A stretch of DNA of 45,145 bases from positions 1 through 45,145 of the forward strand of contig PCVE01000021.1 in NCBI GenBank assembly GCA_002762705.1, given 5' to 3'. The position numbers were made by a program, and so were the translations under genes. The stretch is from Candidatus Woesearchaeota archaeon CG11_big_fil_rev_8_21_14_0_20_43_8. Its GTDB lineage: Archaea > Nanobdellota > Nanobdellia > Woesearchaeales > CG08-08-20-14. The notes under the pieces were generated by a model. It saw only the letters and a list, made by a program, of their open reading frames with translations. It did not search any database and was not told the origin of the DNA. Shown here one piece after another: positions 16,042 through 25,592 of the stretch. The number at the start of each line of letters is the position of its first letter. The stretch's first letter is position 1.

Positions 16042-18839
16042 TTAAGTATCCTCTGGAGGAATTCACCAGTATAGCTTTTTTTGCATGCTGCGATCTCTTC
16101 AGGAGTCCCGGTCGCGACGATCTGTCCTCCGGCGTCTCCACCATCAGGACCAAGATCGATTATATGATCCGCACATTTTATGACATCTAGATTATGCTCG
16201 ATGACTGCGACAGTGTTTCCTATGTCCACAAGATTGTTCAATACATCAATGAGCTTCCTTACATCATGGAAATGAAGGCCGGTCGTCGGTTCATCAAGCA
16301 GATACAAGGTCTTTCCTGTCGCTTTCTTTGAAAGCTCGCGCGTGATCTTGATCCTCTGCGCCTCACCACCAGACAATGTGACTGAGCTCTGGCCCAGCTT
16401 GATGTAAGTTAGTCCCACTCTCATGAGCGTGTCAAGTTTCCGTCTGATGGATGGGATGTTCTTGAGAAACGCATAAGCCTCTTCGACCGTCATGTCAAGC
16501 ACATCAGAGATCGTCTTTCCTTTGTAATGCACTTCAAGAGTCTCTTGGTTGTATCGTCTACCTTTGCATTCTTCACATTCTACATAGACATCAGGAAGAA
16601 AATTCATCTCGATCTTTATCGTGCCATCACCTTCACACGCTTCGCACCTTCCGCCCGACACATTGAAAGAGAATCTACCCATTTTATAACCGCGGAGTTT
16701 CGCTTCCTGTGTCTCTGAGAACAGTTTCCTGATCTCATCGAATACTTTTGTATATGTCGCAGGATTGCTTCTTGGAGTCTTTCCGATCGGAGATTGGTCA
16801 ATCACAATGATCTTATCAATTGGTGAATCCATCAGAATATCTTTATGCTTTCCTGGCCGCATCTTGGATCCATGCAGTTTTCGCATCAGGCCTTTATACA
16901 ATATCTCATGCATAAGGGTCGATTTGCCAGAACCAGAGACACCAGTCACGCAGGTGAGCAGACCCATCGGGATCTTGACATCGATCTTCTTGAGATTATT
17001 ATGCTCGCATCCTTTGAGCGTCAGATAGACCCATGAAGATCTTCTTTTTAGTGGCACAGGGATTGTCATCTTGCCGGAAAGATATCTTCCAGTCAATGAT
17101 TTCTCATTCGCTTCGATCTGCTTTGGTGTCCCTTGGGCAACCACGCGTCCGCCGAAACGGCCAGCGCCAGGCCCTATATCGATCACATGGTCTGCCGCGC
17201 GGATAGTGTCTTCATCATGTTCGACGACGACGACAGTGTTCCCAAGATCACGCAGACGAAACATGGTCTTGATCAGACGGTCATTGTCCTTCTGATGCAA
17301 TCCGATAGAAGGTTCATCGAGGATATACAAGACACCCATCAGATTCGATCCGATCTGCGTCGCGAGCCTAATACGTTGCCCTTCTCCGCCAGACAATGAA
17401 CCTGCGTTCCTTGATAACGTGATATACCCAAGACCGACTTTATCAAGAAAATCGAGGCGAGAATTGATCTCCTTCAGGATCTGTGCTGCGATCTCTGACT
17501 GGGTTTTTAGAAGTTTCAGCGTCGAAAAGAATCCTATGGCTTTCGATATAGATAGATCAGTGATATCGATTATGGATCTCTCAGCGATTTTCACCGCAAG
17601 TATCTTATCTTTGAGCCTCTTCCCTTTGCATGCAGGGCATGGAGAGATACGCATGAATTTCTCAAGCTCCCGTCTTCTGTAGTCGGAATTTGTCTGATGA
17701 TAAAGCCTCTCGCTCTGAGGGAGAAGCCCTTCCCATTTCCCCATCGAAGACCAGTTCGCCTCTCCGCCTTTCATCTTCAATTCGAATTTTATTTTCTCAT
17801 CTGTGCCATACATGAGGACTTCATGCTGCTTCTTTGTGAGATCTTTTATCGGTGTAAACACGTCGAATTTGAAGTGTTTCGCTACAGCGCCGAGGTACTG
17901 TCCCCTCCAGCCATCTATCGCGTTCCTATAGACCATTATCGCGCCATCTGCGATGCATTTGTTTTTATCTGGAATGATCAAGTCCTCATCGAAATCCATC
18001 TTGATTCCAAGACCTGAACAGATTTCGCAGGCTCCAAACGGGCTATTGAATGAAAACATCCTTGGCTGGAGCTCTTCGAACACCATCCCGCATTCCGGAC
18101 ATGCCATGCGTGAAGAATATATCTTCTCTTCCTTCTTCTCATCAAGACAGATCAAAAGGCCGTCAGCTTTTTTAAGAGCAGCTTCACATGCTTCTGCGAG
18201 CCGGCTTCTGTCTGATGTGTCGACTCTGTCTATGACTACATCGATATCGTGTTTCTTGTAGCGTTCAAGTGTTATTGTATCATCTGTCCGAAAGATCTTG
18301 CCGTTCACCCTAGCTCGCATATAACCTTCTTTGTTCAGATCTTTGAATAATTTCTCATAAGTGCCTTTTTTCTGGCGGACAACTGGCGCGAGGATTGTGA
18401 CCATGCCTTTTGTGGTTATGATCTGCTCTGTGATCTTCTGGGGCGTCTGAGATTGTATTTTTATGTTATGGACTGGACAATATGGAGTCCCTGCGCGCGC
18501 GAAAAGAAGTCTTAGATAATCATATATCTCTGTCACTGTCCCGACAGTGCTCCTTGGGTTCTTGCTTGTCGTCTTCTGGTCGATTGAGATCGCTGGCGAG
18601 AGGCCTTCGATGCTGTCGACATCAGGCTTGCTCATAAGGCCAAGGAACTGTCTTGCATATGAAGAGAGAGATTCGACATATCTTCTCTGCCCTTCTGCGT
18701 AGATTGTGTCGAACGCAAGAGTGGACTTGCCGCTTCCCGAGAGTCCTGTTATGACTATCAGCTTGTCTCTTGGAAAGACGACTGTTATATCCTTTAGATT
18801 ATGTTCTCTCGCGCCTTTGATTATTATGTCTTTGTTCAT
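16038..18839 (-). CDS. uvrA: excinuclease ABC subunit A
   Basis: Two ABC modules (GLSGSGKST, GVSGSGKST; LSGGE signatures) and Cys4 zinc modules. 933 aa. Confidence 0.95.
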   Translation of the reverse strand: MNKDIIIKGAREHNLKDITVVFPRDKLIVITGLSGSGKSTLAFDTIYAEGQRRYVESLSSYARQFLGLMSKPDVDSIEGLSPAISIDQKTTSKNPRSTVGTVTEIYDYLRLLFARAGTPYCPVHNIKIQSQTPQKITEQIITTKGMVTILAPVVRQKKGTYEKLFKDLNKEGYMRARVNGKIFRTDDTITLERYKKHDIDVVIDRVDTSDRSRLAEACEAALKKADGLLICLDEKKEEKIYSSRMACPECGMVFEELQPRMFSFNSPFGACEICSGLGIKMDFDEDLIIPDKNKCIADGAIMVYRNAIDGWRGQYLGAVAKHFKFDVFTPIKDLTKKQHEVLMYGTDEKIKFELKMKGGEANWSSMGKWEGLLPQSERLYHQTNSDYRRRELEKFMRISPCPACKGKRLKDKILAVKIAERSIIDITDLSISKAIGFFSTLKLLKTQSEIAAQILKEINSRLDFLDKVGLGYITLSRNAGSLSGGEGQRIRLATQIGSNLMGVLYILDEPSIGLHQKDNDRLIKTMFRLRDLGNTVVVVEHDEDTIRAADHVIDIGPGAGRFGGRVVAQGTPKQIEANEKSLTGRYLSGKMTIPVPLKRRSSWVYLTLKGCEHNNLKKIDVKIPMGLLTCVTGVSGSGKSTLMHEILYKGLMRKLHGSKMRPGKHKDILMDSPIDKIIVIDQSPIGKTPRSNPATYTKVFDEIRKLFSETQEAKLRGYKMGRFSFNVSGGRCEACEGDGTIKIEMNFLPDVYVECEECKGRRYNQETLEVHYKGKTISDVLDMTVEEAYAFLKNIPSIRRKLDTLMRVGLTYIKLGQSSVTLSGGEAQRIKITRELSKKATGKTLYLLDEPTTGLHFHDVRKLIDVLNNLVDIGNTVAVIEHNLDVIKCADHIIDLGPDGGDAGGQIVATGTPEEIAACKKSYTGEFLQRILK

Positions 18840-18921
18840 CTGAATCTACCTGAAAATAGCGGCATCTATATAAGATTTTAGAAGTACTTTATAAATTTCA
18901 CACACAAATGTCCAGTGGGTT

Positions 18922-19398
18922 TCAGACCTTGGCAAAAATGACTACATGGTTCTTTCCATAGGCTTTTGCGCATTTTGGACAGGTCGTGTAATAGAAATAC
19001 AGTTTCTTGATCACTTTATCTTTGGATGCGACGAAATCTTTCATCTCTTTGATCCATCTACTCATGTCCTTATATGGACCTTCGAAGACCTTTGTCAGGA
19101 ATGTTCCACTGATTGTCGTGTTGACTGCATTAGGAATCTCTTTCTTGACTGATACATATAAGTCTGAGCCCAACATTGAATTCTCATCTGATAGAACCAC
19201 TGTGTCTTTATCGATATCATCAACTGCTTTTATCTTTTTCATCATTTTTGAAATGACCCTGCCAAAGTTCAGAGGTATATGAAATAGACTCGTCACATGA
19301 TCTTTAACAAAAAGCTTGTTGTTCCACGTAATCTCCTTATCGTCCCAGGGTGCGGGATTGAACCTTGGACAGCATCCAGTCTCTAGTTCTTTTGCCAT
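18922..19398 (-). CDS. conserved protein of unknown function (158 aa)
   Basis: N-terminal CCPRFNPAPWDDKEITW and C-terminal YYTTCPKCAKAYGKNHVV. I recall the same architecture in uncharacterised methanogen and bacterial proteins; not verified. Confidence 0.55.
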   Translation of the reverse strand: MAKELETGCCPRFNPAPWDDKEITWNNKLFVKDHVTSLFHIPLNFGRVISKMMKKIKAVDDIDKDTVVLSDENSMLGSDLYVSVKKEIPNAVNTTISGTFLTKVFEGPYKDMSRWIKEMKDFVASKDKVIKKLYFYYTTCPKCAKAYGKNHVVIFAKV

Positions 19399-19484
19399 AT
19401 TTTTTTTTTGCTATGTGTCCTTTAAATAAATATCGGAACTGTAGCATTAGGAGAATGAAGAAGAGAGATTATATTAAAGAACAT

Positions 19485-20174
19485 TCAGTTAGTCAATGTG
19501 CGTTCAATCGCGCGGATCAGTCTTGGCGACATATTCTTTGTGTTCCATGACTTGAGCAGATGGAACATGTTGTTGCCTGTGATAGCGACATCTGTCGGAT
19601 TTATCAACCGCTTATCGACTAGCCCTATCAACTCTTTTACTATATCTGGACCGAAATCGATCAGGAAACTCCGCATGCCCATCGTCATCAGGCCGCATGC
19701 ATACCAATCTTCAAACAGATCCTTGAACTCTCCTTCCACAAGAGATGTAAGTGAAGGCGTGTAGACACCACAATTCCAGTTTCTGCATTTATCTTTTGTC
19801 AAGACCTTCCAGCAACTGACATATTTCAAGGCTTCATTCCTATAATCATCGCCAAGCCGCATGGGATGGATCAAGCAACCGACTGACTTTTCATCTTCAT
19901 CAAGAAATGCCAGATAGTCACACATCGGTTCGCCAGAAGAATGCGCCATCTTCGGATTCTTCACATCTGACCAGATAACGGAATCGCAAAGCTTCTGTGC
20001 GTATGATTGAAATCTGTCTTCTAATGGAAGCATATTATTGTCCAATGTCGATTCAGCCGTCCTGTTCCTTGCTCTGAGCACCCTGCTTATGCCTTCTTTT
20101 GAATAATCATAGAAATTATACAGCCCGCAGCATCGTCCGCAGCTGATCCCTTTGAGATGGCATAGTTCAGTCAT
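19485..20174 (-). CDS. Cys-rich hypothetical protein (229 aa)
   Basis: Intact ORF with an N-terminal CHLKGISCGRCCG cluster and further Cys residues (CRNWNCG). No family recognised. Confidence 0.5.
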   Translation of the reverse strand: MTELCHLKGISCGRCCGLYNFYDYSKEGISRVLRARNRTAESTLDNNMLPLEDRFQSYAQKLCDSVIWSDVKNPKMAHSSGEPMCDYLAFLDEDEKSVGCLIHPMRLGDDYRNEALKYVSCWKVLTKDKCRNWNCGVYTPSLTSLVEGEFKDLFEDWYACGLMTMGMRSFLIDFGPDIVKELIGLVDKRLINPTDVAITGNNMFHLLKSWNTKNMSPRLIRAIERTLTN

Positions 20175-20210
20175 TGGTGCAGAGGTTCACTAATTGATAT
20201 TTAAGCATAT

Positions 20211-20467
20211 CGGACAAAAGTGCTCTATAGAAAGTCGTGTCATGACTATTTATGCCCGATTCTTTTCATATTCCACTTGGCAGAGTCCAGGACTGCTCAA
20301 GCGGTCCGAACACTGTCAGCCCATGCCATATTTGATCTGCCATGCATCTATGGTCCATCAAGCGGGGGCAAAAAGCGCACGCTGACCAGAAAAAAGGTCA
20401 GGGTGCCAAAGCTAGGAGATGATACATGTCCCTTGAGAAGACGACTTTCTACATTGCCGGACAAAAG
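20211..20467. other. GC-enriched structured element bounded by 10-bp direct repeats (MITE or ncRNA candidate)
   Basis: CGGACAAAAG occurs at 20211-20220 and 20458-20467. An 11-bp perfect inverted repeat, TAGAAAGTCGT (20228-20238) / ACGACTTTCTA (20441-20451), closes about 200 bp containing internal hairpins such as TGGCAGA/TCTGCCA and CTGACC/GGTCAG. Confidence 0.35.
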
Positions 20468-20498
20468 AAATATAAAACCGTTTCTAAATAGATTCTTC

Positions 20499-21350
20499 AT
20501 GGCGATCATCAACAAAGAGACATGTGTCATTGTGCAGGGCATAACTGGCACTCAAGGATCATTCCACACAACGCTCATGAAAGAGTACGGCACAAACATA
20601 GTCGCGGGCGTGACACCAGGAAAAGCAGGCCAGCAAGTGGAAGGGATACCTGTGTTCGATTCTGTGGCTGATGCATTGAAAGAGCATCCGGCAGAATTCT
20701 CGATCATCTTTATCCCTGCGAGAGTCTGTAAGGCAGCGTGTCTTGAAGCGCTTGATAATGGACTCAACATCGTGGTCATAACAGAAGGTATGCCTGTCCA
20801 TGATGCGCTTGAAGTCGTCAGGAAAGCGAAAGACCTAAGCAAGATTATGATCGGTCCGAACTGCCCGGGACTTATCGTACCTGGTGAAGCGAAGATAGGA
20901 ATTATGCCATCACATATATTCACAAAGGGCACCATCGGTGTCATATCAAGATCAGGAACACTCACTTATGAGATAATAAACAGCCTGACAAAAGCCGGGC
21001 TTGGCCAAAGCACAGCGATCGGCATCGGCGGAGATGCGATAATCGGGACAGATTTCATCGAAGCTCTGCAGATACTAGAAAACGATCAAGAGACAGAGAA
21101 GATCGTCCTGATCGGCGAGATTGGTGGGGATGCCGAAGAGAGGGCTGCCGTGTTCATAAAAGAGAATGTGAAGAAACCAGTGGTCGCTTATATCACTGGC
21201 AGGACAGCTCCGGAAGGCAAGAGGATGGGACATGCCGGCGCAGTTATCTCAGGGAACACAGGCACGGCGAAAAGCAAGATAGAAGCGCTTCAGGATGCCG
21301 GCGTGAAAGTAGCAGAGCTTCCTTCTGATATAGCGGGATTCTTTCATTGA
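20499..21350 (+). CDS. sucD: succinyl-CoA synthetase alpha subunit-like (CoA-binding, phosphohistidine loop)
   Basis: MAIINKETCVIVQGITGTQGSFHT..., GPNCPGLI, SRSGTLTYE and MGHAGAVISG. The start is internal ATG 20499, with AAATATAAAA upstream. The track N-terminal extension is spurious. Confidence 0.85.
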   Translation: MAIINKETCVIVQGITGTQGSFHTTLMKEYGTNIVAGVTPGKAGQQVEGIPVFDSVADALKEHPAEFSIIFIPARVCKAACLEALDNGLNIVVITEGMPVHDALEVVRKAKDLSKIMIGPNCPGLIVPGEAKIGIMPSHIFTKGTIGVISRSGTLTYEIINSLTKAGLGQSTAIGIGGDAIIGTDFIEALQILENDQETEKIVLIGEIGGDAEERAAVFIKENVKKPVVAYITGRTAPEGKRMGHAGAVISGNTGTAKSKIEALQDAGVKVAELPSDIAGFFH

Positions 21351-24013
21351 AGCTCAAGTTCCGCATAACACGCATCTTCCTGGCAGATTATCCGAAAGCC
21401 GCGCTTCTTGAACATATGGAGCATTATATGGTTGTCTTTCAGGACATTCGCGAACACTTTCTTTATCCCGCGTCTTTTCGCGATCTCAAGGATATAGTCA
21501 GTGAACTTGTTGCCGAGTCCCTGTCCATGCCAAGGATCCCCGACCACGATCGCGAACTCAGCAGTCTCATTGTAATGGTCTGCGATCAATCTGACCACAC
21601 CAGCCATCTTCTTCTCTTTCTTCTCAGTGACCTCTGCGATTATCGCGATCTCTCTATCATAGTCTATCTGCGTGTATCGTATAAGCATCTCATGGCTTAT
21701 GTCTTTTATCAGCTGGAAGAATCTGAAACGCTGCGTCTGCTCAGAGAATGTGCGGAACATCCCTGCCTCAAGCGGTTCGTCTTCTGGTCTTATAGGTCGG
21801 AGCGTCGCGATCTTCTTATTCTTCATCCTAAACGTAGTGATGTATTCCCGCGGATATGGCGATATCACCATATGTGAATATGGCTTGACATTCTTTCCAA
21901 TAACATCTGTGTCAAGGACGACTTTCGCATCAAGGACAACACCGCCTTTCTCGTCGATCGCGAACGGATTTATGTCTATCTCAGCGATCTCTGGAAAATC
22001 CATCACGAGGTATGCGAATTTATACAAGAGAAACTGGACGGATCTCATGTCGACTCCGCCTGTGCCACGGAATCCATTAAGCAACTGAAATATCTTTGTA
22101 TCTTCGATCAGGCGCATCGCAAGTGCCATATTTAACGGAGGAAGACCTATATTTGTGTCCTTGAAAACTTCGACAGCTATCCCGCCCATGCCAAACACAA
22201 TGGTCGGACCGAAGATAGGATCCTTCTTGCATCCGATAAGCAGTTCATGACGTTTCGAGATCATCTTCTCGACAAGCACGCCAGAGATCTTTGCGCCTTT
22301 TTCTTTCTGCTTGACAGAACGGATTATCGCGCGGTATGCTTTCTTCGCATCCTTCTCGGACTTGATGTCCAGCATCACCCCACCGACATCTGTCTTATGC
22401 AGTATATCTTTTGAGACTATCTTCATGACAACAGGAAAACCAAGTTTTCTCGCCGTCTTTGAAGCTTTCTCAGCGCTTGTCACGACAACCGATCGTGTCA
22501 CAGGGATCTCATAGTTCTTCAGGAACTCTTTTGCTTCATCTTCAGTGAACACAGTCCTTCCGTTCGCATGGACCTTCTCGATAAGCTGCCTGTTATTCAT
22601 GGTGTTAGGCTTGAAAGAATGCGGGACGGTCGCAGGTGTCTCATATAACAATCCAAGATTCTTCACATACCTCTGCAAAGCCATGAAACATCTTATGGCG
22701 TTCTCAGGTATCCTATATGATGGTATGCCTCCTTTCTCGAGCACAGAACATCCTTCCCTGACCTGAGCTTCACCCATCCAAGAGGCAAGGATCGTCTTCT
22801 CACCCCTTTCTATCTTGACGATCTCTTTGGCCACAGCGGTCGGATCAGTCATCGCCTGCGGCGTAAGTATGACAAGTATCGCATCTATCCCCTTGTCTGC
22901 AAGGCAGATCTCAAGTGCTTTTTTATACCGATCCGGTCCAGCGTCCCCAAGTATATCGATAGGATTCCCATGGCTCCAATGCTCAGGAAGGATCTCATCT
23001 AGTTTCTTGATAGTCACGGAAGAGAGCTCGGCCAGCTTTCCACCAGACTGCATCAGATGGTCAGTCGCGATCACACCAGGACCACCCGCATTTGTGATGA
23101 TCGCAAGCCTGTCGCCTTTCGGTCTCTTCTGCATCGACAGCACTTGTGCATCATTGAACAATTCACCGATAGTATCTACCCTGATGATCCCTGCTCGTTT
23201 GAACGCAGCATCGAACACCGCATCATTTCCTGCAAGCGATCCTGTATGCGACATGGCAGCCTTGGCGCCCGCAAGGCTCTTTCCTGCCTTGAGTACGATT
23301 ATCGGTTTCGTCCGCGCGAATGCTCTCGCAGCAGACAGGAATTTCCGTGCATTAGACAGAGATTCCATATAGATCACTATGCTTGATGTGCTCTGGTCAT
23401 TGCCGAAATAATCGATGAGATCATGGAAACCAACATCGATCATAGATCCAAGCGAGACGAAATAGCTAAAGCCCACATTGGCTTCAAGCGACCAGTCGAG
23501 GATAGCAGTGCATAATGCTCCGCTCTGCGATATGAAAGCGATCTTTCCCGGCAACGCGCCGCTGCTCGCGAAACTCGCATTAAGACCTATCGACGGTTTT
23601 ATGAATCCAAGACAGTTCGGTCCGATGATCCGCATGTCATATTGACGTGCAAGCCCGACGATCTTCTTGCACATCTTGTCTCCATCCCTACCAGCCTCCT
23701 TGAACCCGGCAGATAGTATGACGATTCCCCTGACACCCGCTCTACCGCATTCATCGATTATGTCAGGGACAGTATGCGCCGGTGTGGCGATCACGGCGAG
23801 GTCGACCTTGTCCGGGGTAGCAAGGACTGATGGATAGCACCTGACACCAAGGATGCTGTTCCGTTTAGGATTGACCGGGTAGACCACACCGCCATAATCA
23901 GAGCCGATGATGTTGCTTATCACCGCATAGCCGACACTGCCCTTCCTGTTCGTAGCTCCGATCACGGCGACAGTCCGTGGATCGAAGATCGCATCAAGCC
24001 TTCTTTTCTGCAT
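21344..24013 (-). CDS. Pat-like protein acetyltransferase: ADP-forming acyl-CoA synthetase domains fused to C-terminal GNAT
   Basis: 889 aa. CoA-binding N-terminus (VAVIGATNRKGSVGY), ligase-CoA and ATP-grasp regions, and a C-terminal GNAT motif A (VVGDPWHGQGLGNKF). Confidence 0.85.
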   Translation of the reverse strand: MQKRRLDAIFDPRTVAVIGATNRKGSVGYAVISNIIGSDYGGVVYPVNPKRNSILGVRCYPSVLATPDKVDLAVIATPAHTVPDIIDECGRAGVRGIVILSAGFKEAGRDGDKMCKKIVGLARQYDMRIIGPNCLGFIKPSIGLNASFASSGALPGKIAFISQSGALCTAILDWSLEANVGFSYFVSLGSMIDVGFHDLIDYFGNDQSTSSIVIYMESLSNARKFLSAARAFARTKPIIVLKAGKSLAGAKAAMSHTGSLAGNDAVFDAAFKRAGIIRVDTIGELFNDAQVLSMQKRPKGDRLAIITNAGGPGVIATDHLMQSGGKLAELSSVTIKKLDEILPEHWSHGNPIDILGDAGPDRYKKALEICLADKGIDAILVILTPQAMTDPTAVAKEIVKIERGEKTILASWMGEAQVREGCSVLEKGGIPSYRIPENAIRCFMALQRYVKNLGLLYETPATVPHSFKPNTMNNRQLIEKVHANGRTVFTEDEAKEFLKNYEIPVTRSVVVTSAEKASKTARKLGFPVVMKIVSKDILHKTDVGGVMLDIKSEKDAKKAYRAIIRSVKQKEKGAKISGVLVEKMISKRHELLIGCKKDPIFGPTIVFGMGGIAVEVFKDTNIGLPPLNMALAMRLIEDTKIFQLLNGFRGTGGVDMRSVQFLLYKFAYLVMDFPEIAEIDINPFAIDEKGGVVLDAKVVLDTDVIGKNVKPYSHMVISPYPREYITTFRMKNKKIATLRPIRPEDEPLEAGMFRTFSEQTQRFRFFQLIKDISHEMLIRYTQIDYDREIAIIAEVTEKKEKKMAGVVRLIADHYNETAEFAIVVGDPWHGQGLGNKFTDYILEIAKRRGIKKVFANVLKDNHIMLHMFKKRGFRIICQEDACYAELELQ

Positions 24014-24025
24014 TATGATCCATCC

Positions 24026-24991
24026 TCATATCTTCCAATATTTCGAAAGGTTCCTCTCAAGCATGACAGCATTCCCCTCATATTCTTCATAGGCGAGTAT
24101 GTGCGAATCTGTCTTTGTCTCTTCATGCTTCATCTCATCGCCATTTATCCCATCTATGAAATTGAAGAGACACTTTGGAAAAGTCATTATGTTGTATCCA
24201 CCTTCAAGCGTCGCGAAGATATTCTTGAATTTATCTTTTAGAATCTGGCCCATATGATAGAAAAGATTGGTGCTTGCCCTGAGATCAAGCAGAAGATCAT
24301 CCTTGTGCGCATCGAATCCGGCTGAGACCGCGACGACATCCGGCGCAAACTGTTCAGCGACAGGCATGAATCGTTTCATCGCATCCATGAACAGATCATC
24401 GCCCGCTCCAGGAGGAAGGGGGACAGGTATTGTATATCCAGCACCTTCATCTTCACCGATCTGGTCTGGCGTGCCGCCCCCAGGAAACGCAGGGAACTGA
24501 TGCAACGACCAATAAAGCACTTTGTTTGTCTTATAGAAGAACTTGAATGTGCCGTCGCCAAGATGCCCATCAAAATCGAATATCATCACACGTTTCCCTT
24601 CATCGACAAGTTTCTGCGCCGCTATCGCCACGTTGTTGAATATGCAGAAACCGCTTGATCTGTCCTGATGCGCATGATGACCAGGAGGACGGACAAGCGC
24701 AAAATCTCCGGTTTTGGATGCCATTATTGTCGCACCGACCGCTTTTATCGCTGCTTCATATGTCCCTGATGAGACCACTGTATCCTGGTCAAGCCGGCTG
24801 CCCATCTCGCATGCCTTCTTGACCTGATCGATGTAGAATTTTTTGTGGACTAAAGGCAGGAATGCCTCACCATCTTCGATATCTGTCTGCTGCAATCTTC
24901 CGCATGCTTCAAGCCTTTTTCGGTTCTCTGGATGCATGCCTGTATCATGCTGCAAGAACACGTCATTGTATATTATTTTCATCCGTTCCAT
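24026..24991 (-). CDS. histone deacetylase-family (class I/II HDAC, AcuC-like) deacetylase
   Basis: VRPPGHHA, GFCIFNNVAIAA, FDFDGHLGDGT and EGGY motifs. Confidence 0.85.
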   Translation of the reverse strand: MERMKIIYNDVFLQHDTGMHPENRKRLEACGRLQQTDIEDGEAFLPLVHKKFYIDQVKKACEMGSRLDQDTVVSSGTYEAAIKAVGATIMASKTGDFALVRPPGHHAHQDRSSGFCIFNNVAIAAQKLVDEGKRVMIFDFDGHLGDGTFKFFYKTNKVLYWSLHQFPAFPGGGTPDQIGEDEGAGYTIPVPLPPGAGDDLFMDAMKRFMPVAEQFAPDVVAVSAGFDAHKDDLLLDLRASTNLFYHMGQILKDKFKNIFATLEGGYNIMTFPKCLFNFIDGINGDEMKHEETKTDSHILAYEEYEGNAVMLERNLSKYWKI

Positions 24992-25096
24992 CCTTCGTTT
25001 TCTGGGTATTTAAATATTTTGGATTATTTATCTAATATAGGTAAATTTTAAAAAAAATTGCTAATATATATAAATAAGCGAAATAATATTCAATAG

Positions 25097-25543
25097 ATGG
25101 ACGATATCGACAAAGGCATCCTAAGGGTAATCCAGGAAGATACAAGGACAGGATATCAGGAAATCGCAAAAAGACTCAGCATAGCGCCAAGCACCGTGCA
25201 TTTCCGGATCAAGAAGCTCATCAATATGGGTGTCATCGAGAGATTCTCGGCCATTTTGAACCTTGAGAAGATGGGCTATATGACTATCGCCTGGATCGGA
25301 TTATCATGTGATCCAGATAAGATCGATTCTGTCGCAGATATCCTCGCCTCCTTCGACCAGATACAGATGGTCTGCACTGCTTCAGGTGATCATGATCTCC
25401 TAATACAGATCGTCGCAAAGAACGAGAAAGACCTGTGGCGTTTCATAAACAAGAACATCAAGACCATCTCGGGCGTCGAAAAAGATTTCGATGTATCGTG
25501 TTTTCTTGATGTATACAAAAAGACAAATAGCATCGTCGTTTGA
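25097..25543 (+). CDS. Lrp/AsnC family transcriptional regulator
   Basis: N-terminal HTH (DKGILRVIQEDTRTGYQEIAKRLSIAPSTVHFRIKKL) plus a C-terminal RAM-like domain. Divergent from the deacetylase gene. Confidence 0.85.
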   Translation: MDDIDKGILRVIQEDTRTGYQEIAKRLSIAPSTVHFRIKKLINMGVIERFSAILNLEKMGYMTIAWIGLSCDPDKIDSVADILASFDQIQMVCTASGDHDLLIQIVAKNEKDLWRFINKNIKTISGVEKDFDVSCFLDVYKKTNSIVV

Positions 25544-25592
25544 GATCTAAAGCAAAATATTTCTACTTCGATAGGTCAAAAGATTTATAATC

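Noticed and set aside
20222-20455. RNase P or SRP RNA in the sucD upstream element (TAGAAAGTCGT resembles GAAAGUCC; GGTCCGAAC and GTCAGCCC faintly resemble SRP helix 8)
   Set aside because: Similarities are limited to 5-7 nt. The GAAAGTC strand pairs perfectly with its own inverted copy instead of forming a P4-type helix. I could not trace the conserved domains. The call remains unresolved between MITE and ncRNA.
20220-20498. 93-codon N-terminal extension of the sucD ORF
   Set aside because: The SucD homology begins at MAIINKETCVIVQG (ATG 20499) with a TATA-like tract just upstream. The extension crosses the repeat-bounded structured element and has an arbitrary composition.
16527-23386. Numerous 60-185-aa antisense or alternative-frame ORFs inside uvrA, uvrC, the Pat-like gene, PAN, aspS and others
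   Set aside because: All are nested within long ORFs that have unambiguous family signatures on the other strand or frame, and none has independent support.
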